Shown here: positions 31,700-46,301 of the stretch, in pieces
Position numbering within the stretch: position 1 is the first letter of the stretch
Layout: every line of letters starts with the position of its first letter
Source: Thermodesulfobacteriota bacterium
Lineage (GTDB): Bacteria > Desulfobacterota_D > UBA1144 > Nemesobacterales > Nemesobacteraceae
Direction: 5' to 3'
Assembly: GCA_965202785.1 (NCBI GenBank)
Contig: OZ241855.1
Span: forward strand, 96,001 to 160,000
DNA length: 64,000 nucleotides
The notes under the pieces: model-generated
What the model was told of the DNA's origin: nothing
The model's input: only the letters and a program-made list of their open reading frames with translations
Database searches by the model: none
Program-made: the position numbers and the translations under genes

Positions 31700-32745
31700 C
31701 TCCACTTCTGATATCAATAGCTGTCGCAAAGATAGCGCTTGTCTTTTTCGTCGTTCTGACGGTTGTCGCCTATCTCACCTTCGCGGAAAGAAGGTTAAGC
31801 GCCTTCATACAGGATCGCTACGGACCGAACAGGGTCGGGCCCTCGGGGCTGCTTCAGCCTCTTGCAGACGGCATAAAGTTTATCTTCAAAGAAGACATCA
31901 TTCCCCCGAAGGCGAACAAGACCATGTATGTAATGGCCCCGGCGTTCGCGCTTGTCACGGCCCTTGCGGCCCTCGCCGTGATTCCCATAGGAAAGGGGGT
32001 TCACACGGATCTCTTCGGATTTCTCCAGGATCCCGTATTCATAAGGTTCCAGATAGCCGACATAAACGTCGGCCTTCTCTACGTGCTCGGAATAAGTTCG
32101 CTCAGCGTATACGGCGTGGTGCTCGGCGGGTGGGGTTCTAACAGCAAGTACTCGCTTCTGGGAGGCCTTCGGGCCGCGGCACAGATGATAAGCTACGAAC
32201 TCGCCCTTGGCCTCTCCATACTGGGGGTGATCGCCATAACGGGCTCTCTTCGCTTGGGGGACATAATCGAAGCGCAGGAGAAGATGTGGTTCTTAATCCC
32301 GTCCTTTATAGGCTTTGTGGTTTTCGTAGTTTCCGCGTTTGCCGAGACTAACAGGCTTCCGTTTGACATGCCGGAAGCCGAGCCCGAGATAGTCGCCGGC
32401 TATCACACCGAATACAGCAGCATGAAATTTGCAATGTTTTTCATGGCTGAATATACTCATATGATAGTTGCTTCGTGCATGATAACTTGTTTGTTTTTGG
32501 GTGGTTGGTATCCCTTACCGTTTGGGGGCTGGTTCGGCATCGATATCAACACGCATTGGTATCTGCCGCCAGCTGTGTTTATCGGCAAAGTCCTTTTCTT
32601 ACTCTTCCTGTTTATCTGGGTAAGATGGACTTTGCCAAGGTTCAGGTACGATCAGGTAATGAGCCTCGGCTGGAAGAGGCTTTTCCCCCTGGCAGTAGCT
32701 AATCTTCTCCTTGTAAGTTTTCTTATAATTCTTGGAATCCTTTAG
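31696..32745 (+). CDS. nuoH: NADH-quinone oxidoreductase subunit H
   Basis: QDRYGPNRVG, AETNRLPFD, GYHTEYS and TLPRFRYDQ. Confidence 0.96.
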   Translation: MTPLLISIAVAKIALVFFVVLTVVAYLTFAERRLSAFIQDRYGPNRVGPSGLLQPLADGIKFIFKEDIIPPKANKTMYVMAPAFALVTALAALAVIPIGKGVHTDLFGFLQDPVFIRFQIADINVGLLYVLGISSLSVYGVVLGGWGSNSKYSLLGGLRAAAQMISYELALGLSILGVIAITGSLRLGDIIEAQEKMWFLIPSFIGFVVFVVSAFAETNRLPFDMPEAEPEIVAGYHTEYSSMKFAMFFMAEYTHMIVASCMITCLFLGGWYPLPFGGWFGIDINTHWYLPPAVFIGKVLFLLFLFIWVRWTLPRFRYDQVMSLGWKRLFPLAVANLLLVSFLIILGIL

Positions 32746-32760
32746 TATATAATTGCGTTT

Positions 32761-33693
32761 ATGAGGGATTTACACCTCGAGCATGACAGTTCCATACGAA
32801 TGGCGGCGTTTGACCATGTCAAAAAGCTGAGCGCAATCTATACCCATATACCAGCAGAAGAAATCTCAAAGGGTTTTATGTTTAAAAGAGAGAAAATCTC
32901 ACTTGTAAACCCACGCGGTATATTCAAACCTAAAGAGATGAAATCTCTTCTCTCAATCAGAACAAGATTTCTAAAAAAAGGCCACAAACCCCTGTACGAA
33001 GACCAAATAGACGTTCACAGGAAAATTTTTGAAGGCACAGAATACATAAATTACGACTTTATGAAAAAGGGTGGTCCTGAAGCCAAGGAGAACCAAATGC
33101 TTCGCGAAGCATTTGAAAACCAGACCCCCATAATCTATTTTCTTGGAATTGCTCCTGGTCAATATCAGGCAATAGCACCCGTTTTTATCGGGGGCTGGGA
33201 CAAAAATGCCCAGAAGGTCAAGGTGTTCTTCGGCAAATCCAACCAGAAGGAAATGACTCCTCCAGAAACTTCGGAGGAAAGGCGTTACACACTACATACG
33301 GTGAAACAACGGGTTCATCAAGGACAGTTCCGCGAATCAATTCTCGCTGCCTACAAAGGACGATGTGCCTTGTCCGGTATTCCCGAAAGACGCCTGCTTG
33401 ATGCAGCCCACATAATCCCCGACGCGAACCCTGAACTCGGTCAGCCGGTAATATCAAATGGCCTGCTGCTCTCCAAGATCCACCACGCGGCGTTTGATGG
33501 TCACCTGATAGGAATCGATCCTGACTATGGACTTCACGTCTCAAGGCGCCTACTCGATCAGGATGACGGTCCGACGCTTGAAGCGCTCAAACAGCTAAGG
33601 GGGAAGAAGCTAAGGCTTCCGAAACGGAGGCAGGATTATCCTGACAGGGACCGTTTGGCGTTGCGGTACGGAGAGTTCAAGGCCATGGAATAA
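32761..33693 (+). CDS. HNH endonuclease, putative modification-dependent restriction enzyme (COG3440-like)
   Basis: RVHQGQFRESILAAYKGRCALSG, LLDAAHII and NGLLLSKIHHAAFD. The central part resembles an SRA domain. Confidence 0.8.
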   Translation: MRDLHLEHDSSIRMAAFDHVKKLSAIYTHIPAEEISKGFMFKREKISLVNPRGIFKPKEMKSLLSIRTRFLKKGHKPLYEDQIDVHRKIFEGTEYINYDFMKKGGPEAKENQMLREAFENQTPIIYFLGIAPGQYQAIAPVFIGGWDKNAQKVKVFFGKSNQKEMTPPETSEERRYTLHTVKQRVHQGQFRESILAAYKGRCALSGIPERRLLDAAHIIPDANPELGQPVISNGLLLSKIHHAAFDGHLIGIDPDYGLHVSRRLLDQDDGPTLEALKQLRGKKLRLPKRRQDYPDRDRLALRYGEFKAME

Positions 33694-33870
33694 CTCTTCG
33701 CTTCCTGAGGGGAATTCTGCAAAGCCATTGGACTAAGTCCCCAAATTTGGCTTCCAATTACTTGCTGCCACTTGGTTTTCTGAGACAAAACAGATTTTGA
33801 CCCGTCGTATTGTTGCAATGAAAGTGACAGATCGATTACACGCATTTCCCTTGGTACCACCGGGGAATCC

Positions 33871-35043
33871 TTACACTTCCATCAGAAAAGACGCCATGTC
33901 CCGAAGACCGATGGCCTCGACATTTTTCGCGAGGGGATACCGGTCGGCACCCGCTGTGACTACGAATGAGCATACGGGCCCTATATCTTCAATGGCGTTT
34001 CGGAAACCCCTTGACAAGGTAGCGGAGAGAGAGCGCTTGATTTCGATCGCTATCGGACCCCGGGTTCCCGGAAGCTCCAGCAGGAGGTCGATCTCCGCGC
34101 CCGCGGAAGTCCGGTAAAAGCTTGCCCTTGTCCCTTGCGGCGCGACAGACAGGAGATTTTCCACGACGAAGCCCTCCCAGCTCGGACCGACGACAGGATG
34201 GCCGGCAAGAGAGTTGTAATCCTCTATGCCGAGCAGGGCGTGTACAAGACCGCTGTCCCGCACATAGACTTTCGGCGACTTCACGAGACGTTTCCGCACG
34301 TTGGCGTGAAACGGCGGAAGGCGGCGCACCAGCAGAAGATCGGCCAGCAGGTCTATGTATCCGCTTACAGTCGGAGCGCTGACCGAAAGACCGGAGGCAA
34401 TCCTCGAGGCGTTAACCAAGGTTCCCTGGCCATGGGCCAGCATGGTCCAGAGCCGTTCAAGCGTCTGGGCCGGGATGCGCCACCCGAACTGCGAAACGTC
34501 GCGCTCAATATAGGTCCGGATAAAGTTGAGGCGGAAGGCAAGGCTGTTTTTGTTGTTCCGGGAGAGAAAACTGTCGGGAAAGCCACCGCGCACCCAGAGC
34601 GAGGTCACCAGATCGTCGTCGGGTGCCGCTTCATGCACGCTCAGGGGATTCAGTTCAACATGCTCAATCCGTCCCGCCAGACTCTCACCCGATTGTCTCA
34701 GCAGATCAACGGAGGCCGATCCGAGCACCAGAAAGCGGCCCGTGCGGTGACCCCGCCGTCTTCCCCGGTCAATCAGACCGCGCAACTCGGAAAAAAGCTC
34801 CGGAACGTGGTGAACCTCGTCCAGAATTACCAGACGGTCTTCGTAAGGCTTGAGAAACAACGCGGGGTCAGCGAGCTTTTTGCGGTCCGCGCTGGCTTCA
34901 AGGTCGAGATAGAGCGCGTTCCTCTTTTTGCCAACCTCAAGCGCAAGAGTTGTCTTGCCGACCTGACGGGGACCGATCAGCGCTACTGCGGCCTGCCGAC
35001 CGAGAGCCTCCTCCACCTGATGGTATGCGTGACGCTTTATCAT
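33871..35043 (-). CDS. AAA_14 ATPase with DUF4143 domain
   Basis: GPRQVGKTT, ILDE, ESLAGR, GGFP, KSPKVYVRDSGL and EIDLL...IEIK. Confidence 0.9.
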   Translation of the reverse strand: MIKRHAYHQVEEALGRQAAVALIGPRQVGKTTLALEVGKKRNALYLDLEASADRKKLADPALFLKPYEDRLVILDEVHHVPELFSELRGLIDRGRRRGHRTGRFLVLGSASVDLLRQSGESLAGRIEHVELNPLSVHEAAPDDDLVTSLWVRGGFPDSFLSRNNKNSLAFRLNFIRTYIERDVSQFGWRIPAQTLERLWTMLAHGQGTLVNASRIASGLSVSAPTVSGYIDLLADLLLVRRLPPFHANVRKRLVKSPKVYVRDSGLVHALLGIEDYNSLAGHPVVGPSWEGFVVENLLSVAPQGTRASFYRTSAGAEIDLLLELPGTRGPIAIEIKRSLSATLSRGFRNAIEDIGPVCSFVVTAGADRYPLAKNVEAIGLRDMASFLMEV

Positions 35044-35082
35044 CCTTGCATTTTAAAAGATAAACTTTAAATTTGCAAGGAT
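35042..35082. promoter_or_regulatory. inverted repeat over the ATPase start
   Basis: ATCCTTGCATTTTAAAAG-ATAAA-CTTTAAATTTGCAAGGAT. Confidence 0.55.
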
Positions 35083-35110
35083 AATTTGAAGCAGGACGGC
35101 TCCAAGAGCC

Positions 35111-37687
<2,577 letters not shown>

Positions 37688-37781
37688 TCAGAATTTCTCT
37701 CCAGAAGATGCCACTTATTGCATGAACAATACTTTTGAAGATAAGCTTACGCTTTTCTTAAATAGATTAAATATAGTAAAG

Positions 37782-37826
37782 ATTTGATACTATCCAATAT
37801 TTACCTATATTAAGATAGTAGCAAAT
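37782..37826. promoter_or_regulatory. putative AbiEi operator (long imperfect inverted repeat)
   Basis: ATTTGATACTATCCAATAT...ATATTAAGATAGTAGCAAAT immediately upstream of the ORF. Confidence 0.6.
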
Positions 37827-38703
37827 GGTAAGAGCATATCAGGTAAAACTTAGAGAGAATCAAATTAAGACTGAAAAGAATCTAAAGAGATCCATGGTCG
37901 GAATTGAGCTGGTACGGCTTCTCGCTTCTGAAAACAACAGAATATTTACCATAGACCGGGCGCGGGAACTTGCTCCCAGCGCGGGTATAAAGGATTCCTA
38001 CCTTTACGAATCTCTTTACCATCTCCGACGAAATGGCTGGATAACCCCCATTCGCAGGGGTCTGTACGCGCTGTCCGTTCCTGGGAGTTTTCCCGTGCAC
38101 GAGTTTGAGATCGCAATGAATCTTGCAAGCCCTGCGGCGATTTCTCACTGGCTGGCCATGAATCACCACGGCTTGACGGATCAGATACCTAGAACGATTT
38201 TCGTCCTGACAACCACGGGAAGCTCCTTCCCGCGTGTTCGAGGGATTAAAAGCAGAGGAAGGTCCTACAGGGGGTATAAGAGCGGGAATACTTCATACAG
38301 GTTTATTCAGGTGAAACCCGAGTATTTCTTCGGTACGGAAGAAATACTGATCGGAAACACTCTGGTATCGATAACAGACCCCGAGCGTACACTTCTGGAC
38401 GGCCTTTGCCGTCCTCAGTACTGCGGCGGCTTCGCCGAAGCGCTCCATGCCTTTAATGTCATAGGGGACAACCTCAACATGAAGCGAATAGTAAAGTATG
38501 CTCTTCGGCTGAATGTCGCGGTGGCAAAGCGCTTGGGGTGGATTCTGGAATACTGGGGCTATGATCTTTCCGAATTCAGCGAATTGTTGGAACTGCCTGT
38601 AAAAGGCTACCGCAAGCTTGACCCCTTGGGGCCGAGAAAGGGACCGTGCAACAGTCGCTGGATGATACAAGAGAACCTTCCCGGGAACGTTGACTCATGG
38701 TAA
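37825..38703 (+). CDS. type IV TA AbiEi-family antitoxin / transcriptional regulator (orphan)
   Basis: N-terminal winged helix (GWITPIRRGLY), AISHWLAMNHHGLTDQIP, TDPERTLLD and KRLGWILE. Confidence 0.85.
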   Translation: MVRAYQVKLRENQIKTEKNLKRSMVGIELVRLLASENNRIFTIDRARELAPSAGIKDSYLYESLYHLRRNGWITPIRRGLYALSVPGSFPVHEFEIAMNLASPAAISHWLAMNHHGLTDQIPRTIFVLTTTGSSFPRVRGIKSRGRSYRGYKSGNTSYRFIQVKPEYFFGTEEILIGNTLVSITDPERTLLDGLCRPQYCGGFAEALHAFNVIGDNLNMKRIVKYALRLNVAVAKRLGWILEYWGYDLSEFSELLELPVKGYRKLDPLGPRKGPCNSRWMIQENLPGNVDSW

Positions 38704-38730
38704 AATCAGCCGCAAAACACCGACCGCCAG

Positions 38731-39294
38731 TTAAGCCTGCGAAATCTTAGGATGAGTGATGCCGGTCTGCTTCTGGTATTTCCCCTTCTTGTCCGCGTAG
38801 GATATCTGGCACTCCTCGTCACCTTCAAAAAAGAGCACCTGAGCGATTCCCTCGTTTGAATAAATCTTTGCGGGAATGGGGGTTGTATTTGATATTTCAA
38901 GCGTCACGTATCCCTCCCACTCGGGCTCAAAGGGAGTGACGTTCACGATTATTCCGCACCTTGCGTAAGTGGATTTGCCGACGCACACGGTGACCGTGCT
39001 CCTAGGTATCCTGAAATACTCAACGGTCTTTGCGAGCGCAAAGGAGTTTGGGGGAATTATGCAGTAATCGTTCTCTATCTCCACAAAGGAGTTGGGATCG
39101 AAATTCTTCGGGTCAACAACTGCGCTGTGAAGGTTGGTAAATACCTTGAACTCGTTGCTTACCCTTATATCGTAGCCGTAAGAGGAAAGGCCGTACGATA
39201 TAACGCCCTTGCTTACCTGACCTTCCACAAAAGGGTCTATCATCTTGTGCTCAAGCGCCATTTTCCTTATCCAGTGATCAGGTTTGATTCCCAT
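38731..39294 (-). CDS. dcd: dCTP deaminase
   Basis: [20 protein letters not shown] and [14 protein letters not shown]. Confidence 0.96.
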   Translation of the reverse strand: MGIKPDHWIRKMALEHKMIDPFVEGQVSKGVISYGLSSYGYDIRVSNEFKVFTNLHSAVVDPKNFDPNSFVEIENDYCIIPPNSFALAKTVEYFRIPRSTVTVCVGKSTYARCGIIVNVTPFEPEWEGYVTLEISNTTPIPAKIYSNEGIAQVLFFEGDEECQISYADKKGKYQKQTGITHPKISQA

Positions 39295-39469
39295 TGATGT
39301 TCTCCTTTCTGTTTTCTCGAATCTCGTTTAATATCTGGCTCGTATTACTCTGATATATAAAGATATTTTAAACTCAAAAACGTTGTCTAATCCGGTGGTT
39401 TTCATGCACTAAAATGAAGCGATCCATAAGAAACGGCGCCTCGCATATGACCGGGACCCCGCAAAAAAA

Positions 39470-40489
39470 CTATACGAACTGCCTCAAAAACCTTACGTCG
39501 TTCTCAAAGAAAAGCCTTATGTCGTTTATTCCGTACTTAAGCATGGCGATTCTCTCAACTCCCATGCCGAAGGCGAAACCCGAATAGATGTCAGTGTTGT
39601 AGTTAACGCTTGAGAAAACCGCGGGATCGACCATTCCGCATCCCATTATTTCAAGCCAGCCGGTACCCTTGCATACCCTGCATCCGTTGCCGGAGCATAT
39701 CTGACACTCTATGTCCACCTCGGCGCTGGGCTCGGTGAAGGGAAAGAAACTCGGGCGGAACCTTACGTTCGTATTGTCGCCGAAAGTGAGTTTCACGAAC
39801 TGGATTATGACGGATTTCAGGTTTCCGAAGGTTATGCCCCTGTCAACGAGAAGACCCTCTATCTGGTGGAACATAGGGGTGTGGGAAACGTCGCTGTCGC
39901 ACCGGTAAACCTTTCCGGGAGCTATGATCTTCACCGGAGGCTGCTGGGTCTGCATGATCCGTATCTGCACCGGCGAGGTGTGGGTTCTTAAGACCATGTC
40001 GTCTGTTATGTAGAAAGTATCCTGCATGTCCCTTGCGGGGTGGTTCTTCGGTATGTTAAGCGCCTCGAAATTGTAGTAGTCAAGCTCGACCTCGGGACCC
40101 TCGGCGACCTCGAATCCCATCCTCTCAAAATCATAGACGATGCGCTCCATAACCTGGGTTATGGGATGCTTGGCCCCGACCGGCATTCCCCGGCCCGGAA
40201 GAGTGAAGTCGGTTGCCTCCTCAAGGAGCTTTTCATTCATTGCTCTGCGCTTTATCTCGTCTGATTTTCTCTCGATCAGTTCCTCGATTTCCCCTTTGGT
40301 TCCGTTTATGAGAATGCCCGCCTCCCGGCGCTCGGAAGCGGGAAGGTCCTTCATGGATTTAAGAAGCTGCGTGAGGGACCCTTTCTTCCCGACGTAGCTT
40401 GCCTTAACCCTGACGAGATCGGCCTCCGTAGAGACCCCCTCAAGGTCAGAATCTATCTGGTTTCTTATCTGCTCAAGCGCTTCCTGCAT
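39470..40489 (-). CDS. pheS: phenylalanyl-tRNA synthetase alpha subunit
   Basis: HPARDMQDTF, LRTHTS, RPSFFPFTEPS and GFAFGMG. Confidence 0.97.
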   Translation of the reverse strand: MQEALEQIRNQIDSDLEGVSTEADLVRVKASYVGKKGSLTQLLKSMKDLPASERREAGILINGTKGEIEELIERKSDEIKRRAMNEKLLEEATDFTLPGRGMPVGAKHPITQVMERIVYDFERMGFEVAEGPEVELDYYNFEALNIPKNHPARDMQDTFYITDDMVLRTHTSPVQIRIMQTQQPPVKIIAPGKVYRCDSDVSHTPMFHQIEGLLVDRGITFGNLKSVIIQFVKLTFGDNTNVRFRPSFFPFTEPSAEVDIECQICSGNGCRVCKGTGWLEIMGCGMVDPAVFSSVNYNTDIYSGFAFGMGVERIAMLKYGINDIRLFFENDVRFLRQFV

Positions 40490-40604
40490 AATGTGAACGA
40501 GTTATGTGTTTTAAGAAACAAAACGGGAAATATTTAACCGTTATGAGATCGATTATCAAAGCGCGGAACCGGCTTTCGACGGGGCATCCGCCAAAGCGCG
40601 GCTT

Positions 40605-41516
40605 CTATATGGTCTCCTTTCTTTTTCTCCAGTAGACCACGAAGGCGCTCGCCACGAAGATCGACGAGTAGGTTCCTATAACGACCCCTACCATAAGGGT
40701 AAACGCGAAATCGTGTATTACCGAGCCGCCAAGGAAAAAGAGCGGCAGGAGCACTATGAACACCGTTATGGCCGTGAGCAATGTACGGGAGAGCGTCTGG
40801 CTTATTCCGTCGTTAACAAGCTCCCTGAAGCCTTTTTCGGGGAAATTCCCCATGTTCTCCCTTATCCTGTCGAATATGACGATCGTGTCGTTAACCGAAT
40901 AACCTATCACGGTCAGAAGCGCGGCCACGATCGCAAGGGTGAACTCCTTGTCCGCGAGCGATATGGCCCCGACGGTTATAAGGGTATCGTGAATAAGGGC
41001 GATAACCGCCCCCACGGCAAAACCGAATTCAAACCTGAATACCAGGTAGGCAAGTATGCCGACGCACGCGATCAGTATGGATAAAAGGGCCTTGGTTATG
41101 AGTTCCTTCCCCACCCTGGGACCTATGTAGTCTATTCTCTGGATGGAGGCTCCCTCAAAATTTTCTGACGTGGCGAACAGGTCCTCCAGCTTTTTCTGGA
41201 AATCACCTATCTGGTCAAAGGTCGCGAGTTCCGGCGCAAACTGTATCAGGTGCTCGTTGTCGCCCGGAAGGCCGAAGCGCTGAACCGATTCCGAGGGAAA
41301 GCCGTTCTCGGCAAGCGCGCCTTTTAGAACTTCGGTCTCAAGGCTCTTTGCGAGCTTTATATGTATCTCCGTTCCGCCCGTGAACTCCACTCCCCAGTTA
41401 GGCCCCTGGTGGTACAGAAGGGAAGCGATGGAAATAACCGCAAGCGCGATGGAAATACGCATCGCGCCCCCCATCTTGTCCACAAAATCGTAACTCAGTT
41501 TTCCTATAATTCGCAC
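40605..41516 (-). CDS. secF: protein translocase subunit SecF
   Basis: GVEFTGG, IGYSVNDTIVIFDRIREN and GTYSSIF. Confidence 0.95.
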   Translation of the reverse strand: MRIIGKLSYDFVDKMGGAMRISIALAVISIASLLYHQGPNWGVEFTGGTEIHIKLAKSLETEVLKGALAENGFPSESVQRFGLPGDNEHLIQFAPELATFDQIGDFQKKLEDLFATSENFEGASIQRIDYIGPRVGKELITKALLSILIACVGILAYLVFRFEFGFAVGAVIALIHDTLITVGAISLADKEFTLAIVAALLTVIGYSVNDTIVIFDRIRENMGNFPEKGFRELVNDGISQTLSRTLLTAITVFIVLLPLFFLGGSVIHDFAFTLMVGVVIGTYSSIFVASAFVVYWRKRKETI

Positions 41517-41526
41517 TCGCGCACCC

Positions 41527-43128
41527 TCAGATACTTACTTCCGTTAGGTTCTTGTCCCTGTAAAGCATGTTCGTAAAGAGTCTCGCCACAATCAGGTTGC
41601 TGAAAACGGTCGACACTATTCCGATTGAAAGCGTTGCCGCAAAACCCTTCACGGGGCCGGTGCCCAGCCAGAAAAGTATAAGCGCAGTAAGAAGCGTCGT
41701 GACGTTCGCGTCAAGTATGGTCCAGACGGATCTCGCGTATCCCGTTTCAATCGAGTGAACCGCGGTCTTGCCCGCCATGAGTTCCTCTTTTATCCTCTCG
41801 AATATGATGATGTTTCCGTCAACCGCCATGCCGAGCGTCAAAACGAGCCCGGCTATGCCGGGAAGCGTAAGCGTGACGCCGAAAGCGGAGAGAAAGCCCA
41901 TTATGAAAAGTATGTTGAGCACAAGCGCGGCATTCGCTATAACGCCCTGGCGCCTGTAGAAAAAGACCATGAACGCCAGAACAAGTATGCCGCCGACGAT
42001 CATGGAGAATCTCCCCTTCTCTATCGAGTCCTGCCCCAGGGAAGGACCCACGGTCCTTTCCTGCTCAACCCTCACGGGAACCGGAAGGGAGCCTGATCTC
42101 AGGATAAGCGCGAGGTCTTTTGCCTCCTCCGTGGTGAAAGTGCCGGTTATCGTGCCCTGGTAGGTTATCTTGTCCTGAATTGTGGGCGCTGACTTTATCA
42201 CGCCGTCAAGAACTATCGCCAGACGTTCGCCGATGTTAGCCTCGGTAAGCTTTCCGAACTTGCTCGCGCCCTCTCCCCTGAACGTGAATCCGACCGCCGG
42301 GTTTCCGTAATTGTCAAACGTTATCCGAGCATCCGAGATATATTCCCCCGTCACGCTCGCAAGCTTCTCGGTCAGAAAGAACTTCTCGTTCTCGTTCCCG
42401 GTGTCTCCTTCGTGTATGGCAAAGCCTTTTTTCGCAAGTTGCCTCTCGGTCCCGGCTTCGGCGGCAGCAAGCAGGTTCTCATGCGTCGCCCCGACGGCCC
42501 TTACGATCTTGAATTCCAAAACGGCCGTCTTTTTGATCAGGTTGACTATTCTCTGTCTGTCTTTTTTGGAAGCGCCCGGCACCTGCACCAGGATCCTGTC
42601 GTCGCCTGATTTCTGTATGCTCGGCTCGACGAGGCCGAAATCCTTAACGCGGTTTTCTATTATGTGGCGGACTCTCTCTATGGAGTTTTGCTCAAGCTCG
42701 TCCACGTAGGACGATTTTATCGAGAGTGTGACCAGGAAGCCGTCGGAATCTATATCCGCCACCTTTTCAAACTCGTCGCGCGCGATCTCAAGCGCCTTGT
42801 CCATATTCGCGCCCGGGAAAAGACCGATCGTGAGGGTTCCGTCCGAAACAGAGGAGCTCTTGACGAGAATCCTCCCCTCCCTGAATTTCGATACCAGGGC
42901 CTCCTCGACTATGAGCATTTCCTGCTCCACGCCCTCTTCGGTCTCTACTCCCAGGAGAAGGAATATCCCTCCCTCAAGATCAAGCCCGAGGCTTATCCCC
43001 TTGCTTGAGAAAACCTTCCCCCACCACGAGGGAAGCTTGTCGCCCATGAAGGTAGGCGTAAGGAGTATTGCGCAGAGAAAAGAGAAAAGAACGATAACGG
43101 TAATCCAAAGACGGGACACGCCTTTCAT
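41527..43128 (-). CDS. secD: protein translocase subunit SecD
   Basis: LGLDLEGG, LRSGSLP, VGPSLG and GMAVDGNIIIFERIKEE. Confidence 0.96.
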   Translation of the reverse strand: MKGVSRLWITVIVLFSFLCAILLTPTFMGDKLPSWWGKVFSSKGISLGLDLEGGIFLLLGVETEEGVEQEMLIVEEALVSKFREGRILVKSSSVSDGTLTIGLFPGANMDKALEIARDEFEKVADIDSDGFLVTLSIKSSYVDELEQNSIERVRHIIENRVKDFGLVEPSIQKSGDDRILVQVPGASKKDRQRIVNLIKKTAVLEFKIVRAVGATHENLLAAAEAGTERQLAKKGFAIHEGDTGNENEKFFLTEKLASVTGEYISDARITFDNYGNPAVGFTFRGEGASKFGKLTEANIGERLAIVLDGVIKSAPTIQDKITYQGTITGTFTTEEAKDLALILRSGSLPVPVRVEQERTVGPSLGQDSIEKGRFSMIVGGILVLAFMVFFYRRQGVIANAALVLNILFIMGFLSAFGVTLTLPGIAGLVLTLGMAVDGNIIIFERIKEELMAGKTAVHSIETGYARSVWTILDANVTTLLTALILFWLGTGPVKGFAATLSIGIVSTVFSNLIVARLFTNMLYRDKNLTEVSI

Positions 43129-43132
43129 CTAA

Positions 43133-43510
43133 TCAGCCGCCCCCTTTGGATTTGCCTTCAGCGGCCCCGGGATCGGTCTTCTCCGAGATTCCGGAGCGGA
43201 CCATTTTTATGTTGATGCCCTTGGCTATCTCGACCGTGAGGTCGTCCCCGTCAACGTTTATCACCCTGCCGTATATGCCCCCGGTGGTAACAATGCCGTC
43301 GCCTCTTTTTACCTCGGCGAGCATCTTCTTGCGCTCACGGCTCTGGCGCTGCTGGGGTCTTATGATAAGAAAGTAAAAAAGGGCGAATATCAGAACGAAC
43401 GGGAGTATGGCAGAGAACGGCGTCCCCCCCGATCCTCCCTGCCCGGTCCCGGGAGGCATGCATGATAAAAGAAAAAGGGCTGAAGTAGCGACAAAAGCTA
43501 ATCTTTTCAA
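43133..43510 (-). CDS. yajC: preprotein translocase subunit YajC
   Basis: FYFLIIRPQQR and GDGIVTTGGIYG. Confidence 0.93.
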   Translation of the reverse strand: MKRLAFVATSALFLLSCMPPGTGQGGSGGTPFSAILPFVLIFALFYFLIIRPQQRQSRERKKMLAEVKRGDGIVTTGGIYGRVINVDGDDLTVEIAKGINIKMVRSGISEKTDPGAAEGKSKGGG

Positions 43511-45441
<1,931 letters not shown>

Positions 45442-45442
45442 T

Positions 45443-45916
45443 CTAGCCTCCTCCGTCTCCGCCTTGCGGCCCGTAACTGCAGTTCTCAATACACTCGTCC
45501 TTCATTATCTTCCATTCTTTTTCGGGTATGGAAAGATCGTAGCGGTTCGTGTATCTGGCCCTCTGACGCTTGTCTTCGTCCGGCTCCCTGTAGTCGACCT
45601 CCACTTCCGCAACCACTATGGCCGTGTCCTTGAAAAGCTGGGTCGCCAGGACCCTGTAGTCAACGATCCTGATGTCGTAGCGCTCGTAAAGAAGCTCGAA
45701 CCTGCTCACGTAGCCCTCGCGGTCCGAACTGAATATATGAATCTTGTCGTAAGCGGATTTAAAGTCCCGTTCCTTGAGCGCCTCGAGAAAAGAGCTGACG
45801 ACGCTGGTGGCTGAGACTCTCGGCTGCGGCCTCCTCTGGTCCGAACCTCGCACAGGAACGGCGCAGGAAGCAAAAAGAAGCAGCAATGGCAGAACGAAAA
45901 GATAGGATTTTCTCAT
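45443..45916 (-). CDS. hypothetical lipoprotein
   Basis: MRKSYLFVLPLLLLFAS-C lipobox. Abuts dapB. Confidence 0.75.
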   Translation of the reverse strand: MRKSYLFVLPLLLLFASCAVPVRGSDQRRPQPRVSATSVVSSFLEALKERDFKSAYDKIHIFSSDREGYVSRFELLYERYDIRIVDYRVLATQLFKDTAIVVAEVEVDYREPDEDKRQRARYTNRYDLSIPEKEWKIMKDECIENCSYGPQGGDGGG

Positions 45917-45966
45917 GGAGCGGGAACTGAATATCCTCTGAATAAACTAAGAAGTTAAACGAGAAA
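45849..45966. repeat. diverged direct repeat, copy 1 (5' end and upstream region of the lipoprotein gene)
   Basis: Aligns colinearly with 48256-48370 (CGCACAGGAA.GGCGCAGGA...AAGAAGCAGCAATGGCAGAA...TTTTCTCATGGAGCGG...TCCTCTGAAT...CTAAGAAG). Confidence 0.9.
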
Positions 45967-46050
45967 GATGGCGCAGGCAAGTTTCGGCGATACGCGGCGC
46001 GGTCTTCTTTGGTTACCAAGGCTATCTTGCGCTAGATGGGGAAGCTGCTT

Positions 46051-46218
46051 TTACCGGGAAGTGCTCCGGCATTTACGCCGCAACGATCTCGGGGCTGCGG
46101 TTACGCGGGGAACCGGGCTTTGGCTTGAACGCGCTCTTTTTCTCGCAAGCACCGCGAAGACAACAAGAGTCAGAAGAAACAGGCTGAACGCGGCAAATAG
46201 AACTATCGCCTTAAACAT
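46051..46218 (-). CDS. small single-TM protein (55 aa), not in the ORF track
   Basis: Strong SD GGAGGAGG, then MFKAIVLFAAFSLFLLTLVVFAVLARKRAR..., a TM helix with a basic tail. Confidence 0.6.
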   Translation of the reverse strand: MFKAIVLFAAFSLFLLTLVVFAVLARKRARSSQSPVPRVTAAPRSLRRKCRSTSR

Positions 46219-46301
46219 CGCTACCTCCTCCCACGGCTTGCGTCCCGCATTTGACTTGCGTTCCCTCTCGGATTCCCGCCTGACCGGAATTTTGCTTTAG
46301 T

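Noticed and set aside
45968-46300. 110 aa plus-strand ORF
   Set aside because: No SD or recognisable motif. The opposite-strand 55 aa ORF has a strong SD and a TM helix.
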